From positions 1 through 64,000 of IMG/VR virus record IMGVR_UViG_2936390555_000003: 64,000 nt of DNA. One strand, written 5' to 3'. The notes under the pieces were generated by a model, which made no database searches, was not told the DNA's origin, and saw only the letters and a list, made by a program, of their open reading frames with translations. Numbering within the stretch: the stretch's first letter is position 1; every line of letters starts with the position of its first letter. The position numbers and the translations under genes were made by a program. The DNA comes from a virus. Its lineage: Duplodnaviria; Heunggongvirae; Uroviricota; Caudoviricetes. This document shows positions 58,101-64,000 of this stretch, piece by piece.

Positions 58101-59006
58101 GATGGGCTTGGCTTGTACAGTCGTGATGCTTCGTATGTAAGGATTACCCTGACTCCGGCGGTAACACGCAATATCATAGCTGAGTTCGATGAAAGAGCCA
58201 ATGGATGGCGAGGGGCAAAAAACCTTACATACGTTGGAGATAACTGCTTAATCAAAGGAAGCAGTGCAGTGAGCGGAGAATACTATACGAATATAAGGCT
58301 GGACAAGGAAGTAGAGGCACGCAACTGGGTAGAGTTTGACATCATCAGCCTTGCCAGTGATTATACGTGGGTGACAGCGAATACCGATTGGCAGGACGGT
58401 GATTATGCATGGCTACAGACCGAAGGCAATTACCGCTGGTGCGATGCCGAGAAAGCGTGGACGGACTATGAATTTTCATGGAAGGAAAATGCTGACGAGT
58501 ATCCGGTGGAAGTAAGCAATTACATTGCCCAGTACAAAGGAGTCGACGATTACCTGTACACATTCGACCTGAATGAGAATACAGATGGGGCAAAGGTGGC
58601 TACTGGCATAACCTATGCTGATGGCAAGTTCAGGCAGGGGGCCGTGATAAACAATGGCGTAACCTTGGATTATGCCGTGAATATACCAGCGGAGTTCAAC
58701 CTGTCTTTCAATGCAAAGCATCATGAGATAATAGACAAGCATATTGTCTACATGACACTGGAAGGCTCTAACGGCTGGATGCGCGTAGAATACAAGGATG
58801 GCATAGTGAGTCTGCTGGATTCGGCACAGAACCGCATCGAGATACCGATGAGGAATTACGGTGAGGATGCATTGAATTTCTATATACAGCAGAAGGCTGA
58901 CGAGAGAATCCTCACGGTCAACAGCATAGCAAATGGCAAAACCATGTCAGCAAGCTTACCGCTGGGACCTATGGGGACATTTACAGAAATGAGGTTGAGA
59001 CCATGA
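55194..59006 (+). CDS. host-specificity/central tail fibre protein (gpJ-like) with FN3 domains; single 1,270-codon frame with 6 in-frame TAG (55365, 55782, 55911, 55968, 56349, 57624)
   Basis: ORF-track pieces 55110.., 55389.., 56061.., 56382.., 57633.. are contiguous in one frame, separated only by TAG. FN3-like TWEKPSGYQFTSSYTIDYSLDDGATW and LTWDANADPDLKGYNVYMG. Gly-rich N-terminal segment. Confidence 0.6.
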
Positions 59007-59066
59007 ATGAGCAGATGGATATAAAGGAAGAAGTGGAGATACATGTTATCAGAGGAGGTAATGCAA

Positions 59067-59486
59067 ATGAAGATTGATGGAGTCATGACAGTATAGGTTT
59101 ATCACAAGGATGGCAGTGTGCGCACTGTTATTCAGCATAATATGATTGTAGCCAGCGGATACGATGCTATGTGCGATGTTATTGGTAATGGTGTAATGGC
59201 ACACATGAGCAAGATTATGGTTGGTAGTGGCACCACTGATACGAATGCTTCCATGACAGCACTTGAATCCAAGGTAGCAGAGAAGGCTGCTGTGTATGCT
59301 CACGAGCAGGGCACTCGCAGCTTTTCCTTGAGCACGGATTTCTTGGAAGGCGAGGCTGTCGGCGCACTCACTGAGGCTGGCGTGTTCAACAGTGATGATG
59401 TAATGCTTGACCGTGTAACCTTCAAGCCATTGAACATTGATGCCGATGACCGCGTGAGCATGAAGTTTGACTTCACGTTCTCTTAA
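59067..59486 (+). CDS. hypothetical tail protein; 1 in-frame TAG (59094-59096)
   Basis: RBS CAGAGGAGGTAATGCAA before ATG 59067. MKIDGVMTV-TAG-VYHKDGS... continues in ORF 59118..59486. Confidence 0.45.
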
Positions 59487-59498
59487 TGGGTGGCAATC

Positions 59499-60053
59499 AT
59501 GGCTACGACACATAACTCTTATGAAGCCCAGTGGAAGAACGTAGGATTTACATGGGCAGAAAATGCGAGGGCGTGGGAACAGTGCCAGACGATTGACCAG
59601 TACGATGTTGTTACCGCTGAATAGATATAGGCTGATGATGGAAAACGTATTGCTATTCATAAGCATAGCCACGAAGACATGTCGGTTAGCTCGGAATTTG
59701 AAAAGAAAACTTTGTTTGCAAGAAGCCCTGCGGAGAAAATCGGATTCTACGATAAGCCTTCGTATTCATGGCTGAACAGCCCATTCAAATGGGGCGATGA
59801 TACCTGGGCAGAAGCCGTGATGTACCATGACAGGGACGTGGTTTTCGATGTAAGCAAGGCTCAGAGCACGGACATAAGCGTGGATGTCGTGAATAGCAAT
59901 GTGCCATCGCTACTCAAGAAGGAAGCAGTGGTAGTGCAGGAGGACGCTCGTGGCACCGTGACGTTTGTAAGGAACTTCAGCGAGAGCATAAGCATAGCCG
60001 ATGAAGCATCTAAGGATATAGCTGTGAATAATCATGAGCCGATTGTTCTTTAG
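59499..60053 (+). CDS. hypothetical tail protein; 2 in-frame TAG (59622, 59628)
   Basis: ATG 59499 is in frame with ORF 59679..60053 through ...VVTAE-TAG-I-TAG-ADDGKRIAIHKHSHED. Weak RBS (TGGGTGG). Confidence 0.4.
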
Positions 60054-60059
60054 GAGGAC

Positions 60060-60500
60060 ATGCTTAACAATAGCGGGGCCGTGGTGAGCGATATTATCGT
60101 GTCCGCCACGGAAATTCCAACGATGCTCCCAGCTGGCTATGGAGACTGGCAGCCATTCGTTAGCGGTGACTACAAGTATAGAGAGGCACTGTTGAAGTGT
60201 GTAATGAAAATAGAAGGAAACACGAATACAATTGTTCTTCCAAAGTATACCGTGTTCGTAGACCTGCCTGACATTCAGGACCATGCGGTGACAAGGATTG
60301 AGTCGGCTGAAAACACATACATTCCATTCAACCTTGATTTCTATCGTGTGCCGGAGGTGACCATTACTACCGTCGGTGGCATGGAAGTAGTGATACCGAT
60401 TATTACGAAGGTTACTGAGGACGGTTTCTGGGTTGAGCTAAGAAACCTGGATAAGGAATTGTCTACAGGTACTATTTCATGGTCGGCTTTGGGATGCTAA
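60060..60500 (+). CDS. hypothetical protein (146 aa)
   Basis: RBS TTTAGGAGGACATG. No TAG. Confidence 0.55.
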   Translation: MLNNSGAVVSDIIVSATEIPTMLPAGYGDWQPFVSGDYKYREALLKCVMKIEGNTNTIVLPKYTVFVDLPDIQDHAVTRIESAENTYIPFNLDFYRVPEVTITTVGGMEVVIPIITKVTEDGFWVELRNLDKELSTGTISWSALGC

Positions 60501-60513
60501 GGAGGAGTATTGA

Positions 60514-60882
60514 ATGACAGACTATCAAATGTTTTAGCTTGTAACCAATTGGATAAACCTGATTATCATACCGTTTGCCATTTGGCTTTACCGGTATCTC
60601 TCCAATTGGAAAAAGGAAAATGCAAAGTAGGAAAACGAAAAGGAAAAGAGGCGCAGGGCACAGCAAATGGCTATCATGGCGTTGCTGAGAGACCGCATCC
60701 TGCAGAGCGGAAGGTACTTTGTAAAACTTGGGGCTATCCCATAGGATATAAAGGTATCGTTGCTCCGCATGGGCGAGGCATATGCTGACCTTGGAGGTAA
60801 CGGTGAGGGGCATAGGATGGTAGAGCAAATCAGGGCTTTGCCAGTAGATGACCTGGTGATTGAGCATAGGAGGGATAAGTAA
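60514..60882 (+). CDS. holin-like small membrane protein; 3 in-frame TAG (60535, 60628, 60742), tentative
   Basis: RBS CTAAGGAGGAGTATTGA before ATG 60514. One TM helix LVTNWINLIIIPFAIWLYRYL followed by a charged tail. Stop TAA overlaps the next ATG (TAATG). A different frame from track ORF 60510..60788. Confidence 0.4.
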
Positions 60883-62327
60883 TGCAGAATTATACAGAGA
60901 TTTCAGAGAATCAGACATTGAGGGATTCGAGGAGCTTGCTTCTGAATAACGATAAGACTGCAATGAGCAACAGCAGTGGCGAGAGTTTTCCAACGCAGAA
61001 CCTTCAGATTGGCATGTTCTGCTATAGGACTGACGAAAAGAAACTGTATCAGCTCATGGACAACATGCCTACATGGAAGCTCGTAGTTGACATGAGTGGC
61101 GATGGGGCCAAGGTTGCTTAGGTTGATAAAGATGGCGTGAACGAGGATGCGTTGCAGGACGAGGCTGTCACTGAAAACAAAATTTTAAACAAGGCTGTTT
61201 CCACGGAAAAGCTTGCGGACGAGGCTGTCACCGGCAAAAAGGTGGACATCCTGAGCCTCAGGAGCTATATTGTTGCAGCTACTCCGCGGTACTATGCGCG
61301 CGCCGAGGTTCCGGCTGCATCAGCAAGGACTATCATTAGTATCCCGTCTGACATTTGGATAAATATCAACAATAATGGTTACGTTATTAATGGTGGAACG
61401 GATATTGACATTAACGTGAGTGACAATTGGGACAATGCAACCTATGCTACCGCATAGAATCGTAAGGGCAAGGATTTCTATATGTATGCTTGCATTGGCG
61501 ACAATGGGATAAAGCTTGTGCTTTCCGCTAATAGCACTGTTCCAACTGGGTACAATGCCAACACATCTCGTAAGATTGGCGGTTTCCATTGCCTCTGCGC
61601 TAATGTTGGCTCCATCACTGGACATACACTGTCTGGCTACGTTGCTGGTGACATTATCCCTGGCTCCGTGTGGGACCTGCTTCACAGGGCAAAGAGTGAT
61701 AACGTTGGTATGGTTTATCATGAAGGACTTGGCATATGGGCTGACATCTATGGGGCATCATGGGATGGCTCCAAGCTTACGAGCGTATACGGCGGAATCT
61801 TTGCCGACGGAGAGAGCGCAAAGAGGTTCCATGGAGAGTTGTTCGTTGAGGAGTTTGGCAAGATTGGTAAGCGTTTGATTAGCCGTGCAGAGTTCCAGGT
61901 GCTGGCAAAGGGAAGTAATGAATGTACCAATATATCTGGTTCTGCTGACCCAGGTACTACAGGTGGGCATGTTGATACCGCTGGTCGGCGCATGATTTCT
62001 AATTTTGGTCTTGAGGATTGCTGCGGAGCAATGTGGTCATGGACAAGTGATTTGCTTGAGAATTATCCTGGGAGCGTATGGAACTCCGCGAACTACTACT
62101 TGGATAGCTATGCTTGGCAAGAGAGGTCTGTGTATAATCCGGATATTGATTCCCAGAAGTATGGTTCCTGCTTTGGCTTGCTTCGTCGGTGTCTAGTCGG
62201 TGGCGATTGGAGCGTTGGTTCGTATTGCGGTTCCCGTGCGGCGGATTGTGACAATTTCTCGTCTGACCGCTTTGCCGCTTTCGGTGGGCGTGCGGTGTCG
62301 GAGCCGAGGGTTGTTCATCTCGGCTAA
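60882..62327 (+). CDS. tail fibre / receptor-binding protein, DGR target (C-terminal C-type-lectin/FGE-like variable region); 2 in-frame TAG (61119, 61455)
   Basis: ORFs 60882.., 61137.. and 61482..62327 share one frame. N-terminal tail-fibre repeats (AVTENKILNKAVSTEKLADEAVTGKKVD). C-terminal ...WSWTSD...CLVGGDWSVGSYCGSRAADCDNFSSDRFAAFGGRAV contains the variable region. Confidence 0.7.
62175..62302 (+). repeat. DGR variable region (VR)
   Basis: 128 bp aligned to the TR with 17 mismatches. Every mismatch falls at a TR adenine (G or T in VR). Confidence 0.85.
62301..62327 (+). promoter_or_regulatory. GC-rich hairpin immediately 3' of VR (GAGCCGAG-ggttgttcat-CTCGGCT), DGR IMH/hairpin-like element
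   Basis: Perfect 7-bp inverted repeat at the VR 3' boundary, as found downstream of VRs in characterised DGRs. Confidence 0.5.
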
Positions 62328-62464
62328 TCGGCTAAAAGAGTAAAACGGGACGGACGAATGGACGACGGTACTTCTGGTCGGCGGTTCGTCAAGACGATTA
62401 AAAACCGTCGCGTGAGCGACGGGCGATATATATTTTTTCTAGGTTCATAAGTCGTTCCTGCAAT

Positions 62465-62592
62465 GGCTTGCTTCGTCGGTGTCTAGTCGGTGGCAATTGG
62501 AGCAATGGTTCGTATTGCAGTTCCCGTGCAGCGAATTGTAACAATTTCTCGTCTAACCGCAATGCCACTATCAGTGGGCGTGCAGTGTCGGA
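62465..62592 (+). repeat. DGR template repeat (TR)
   Basis: Non-coding copy of the VR between the target gene and the RT. Adenines at all variable positions. Confidence 0.85.
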
Positions 62593-62715
62593 TATGGGGG
62601 TACAATGGTGTCGAGCAACCCTCAGCTGGGCTTATGAACCTTCCTGCAAAGGAAAATACACAACAGGGGAAGGAGTGTGGCTAGTAATGAAAATGAACGT
62701 CATAGAGCCTCCGTT

Positions 62716-63738
62716 ATGAAACGTCATGGCAATCTTTTTGACCTTATTGCCAGCAAGGAAAACTTATTGGTAGCATTTAATAAGGCTAAGAAGGGAAAGT
62801 CACGGCAAAGGAAGGTTAATGTGGTTGCCAGGAACTTGGATAGAATGCTTAGTGATTTGCATGAGAGCTTGGTTTCTGGTAACTACCATACCTCTCCATA
62901 TAAAACGAGGACTATATATGAGCCAAAGGAAAGGCTTATATACATATTACCATTTTATCCAGATAGAATAGTACATCATGCAATTATGAATGTACTTGAG
63001 CCGGTCTGGAATAACTTAATGTATTACCATAGCTACGCTTGTCGTAAGGGCAAGGGGATGCACCGTGGCAGTACCTTATGTATGGCGTATGTAAAGCGAT
63101 ATAAATATGTGTTGAAATGCGATGTGTCTAAATTTTATCCGAGCATTAATCATGAAGTGCTAAAGAAAATCATTAGGAAGAAAATTAAAGACGGTAGATT
63201 ACTTATGCTTCTTGACGAGATTATTGATAGCACTGGCACACCAACAAATGTACCTATAGGAAACTATCTTAGTCAGTGGTTTGGCAATCTTTATCTTAAT
63301 GAGCTCGATGAAATGGTCAAGCATAAGCTTGGTGTTAAATCGTATATTCGTTATAGCGATGATTTCGTATTGTTTAGCAACAACAAGTAGGAGCTGCATG
63401 AATGGGCGAGGAGAATAAGGGAGTTCCTTGCATCAAAGCTTTGCTTGCGCATGAGTAAGTGCGATGTATTTCCGGTGAGTAGAGGGGTTGACTTCCTTGG
63501 ATATAGGCATTTTCCAAATAAAATCCTGTGTCGCAAAAGGACGGTGAAGTCGTCCAAGAGGCATGTGAAGGAAACCATGCATCTTCTTAGAAGCGGACGT
63601 ATATCAAAGGAGCAAGCATTAAGCAAGTTGGCAAGTGTAGTCGGATGGATTAAGCACGCCCAGTGTCACAACCTGTATAATGCTATGGAGATAGACAGGA
63701 TAAAAAAGGAAGTGTTAGAATATGAAGAAATTCAGTGA
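62716..63738 (+). CDS. DGR reverse transcriptase; 1 in-frame TAG (63388-63390)
   Basis: Start MKRHGNLFDLIASKENLLVAFNKAKKGK (alternative GTG 62677). RT motifs incl. YSDDFVLF (YxDD). The frame continues after TAG (...FSNNK-TAG-ELHEWARRI...GVDFLGYRHF...) to TGA 63736-63738. Confidence 0.8.
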
Positions 63739-64000
63739 TTTTGCAAAGACGGAAGCCGGGCTTGTCGGCGATAAGCTAAAGATAAGCGAGGTTATGAATA
63801 AGAAAATCGTGGTCACAGGCTATCGTATGCTTACATAGAAGCATAATAGCAGACCATTGCTGCATCTGCAGTTTGAGCTTGAGGGCAAAACGCATACCAC
63901 GTTTACCAATAGCGTAGTGTTAATCCGTCAGTGCGAGACATATCAGGAGGAAATTCCATTTGAGACGATGATTGTCAAGCAGTCCAATTATTACACGTTT
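63722..64000 (+). CDS. hypothetical protein, partial (runs off the window); at least 1 in-frame TAG (~63836)
   Basis: RBS AAAAAGGAAGTGTTAGAAT before ATG 63722. Overlaps the RT 3' end. Confidence 0.35.

Overview
The window is most of a temperate siphovirus-like (pro)phage from a host that uses strong Shine-Dalgarno sites (GGAGG-type RBS are abundant). Read left to right:

(i) Lysogeny module, 1-1.6 kb: a tyrosine integrase (-), a small Xis-like HTH gene (+) and an XRE/cI-like repressor (-), with divergent promoters and a repeated operator-like 20-mer.

(ii) Rightward early/replication and nucleotide-metabolism operon, 1.67-13.96 kb: a DUF2815-like protein, a primase-helicase, a Cas4/PD-(D/E)XK-like nuclease, a DUF3310-like protein, an SPFH/band-7 protein, RusA, a class II ribonucleotide reductase (nrdJ) interrupted by a 209-nt ORF-less group I intron, a divergent ThyX-like protein, a dUTPase carrying an extra N-terminal SH3/KOW-like domain, and an ArpU-family late regulator.

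(iii) A 14-kb block of about 27 genes on the opposite strand, 14.2-28.2 kb. Most are of unknown function. It includes a second Xer-like tyrosine recombinase next to a DUF932 protein, a RadC/JAB protein, an M28/M42-like peptidase, a 524-aa protein with a Cys-rich C-terminal tail, and a paralogous family of small acidic 'GD-V-L' repeat proteins.

(iv) Late module, 28.7-64.0 kb: terS, two tRNAs, a Rha-HNH fusion, terL, portal, prohead protease/scaffold, major capsid protein, connector, major tail protein, G/GT chaperones with an A9 slippery site, a single ~3,380-codon tape-measure ORF, NlpC/P60, a J-like fibre with FN3 domains, a holin-like gene, and a complete diversity-generating retroelement (tail-fibre VR, TR, RT).

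The most striking feature is codon reassignment confined to the late module. About 34 in-frame TAG codons interrupt essentially every late gene downstream of position ~32.4 kb, and every one of them lies downstream of the suppressor tRNA gene. The phage itself encodes a serine-type amber-suppressor tRNA (anticodon CUA, long variable arm, G73 and all SerRS identity elements) just after terS. Early and accessory genes contain no in-frame TAG.

Also notable are two copies of an ~280-nt structured element (a 48-nt exact core and a covarying closing helix), each followed by a ~450-bp A+T-rich array of short CATAG-type palindromes, placed as long leaders of the two late operons.

Caveat: several coordinates I derived myself by hand counting (tRNAs, small ORFs, TAG positions) may be off by 1-2 nt.
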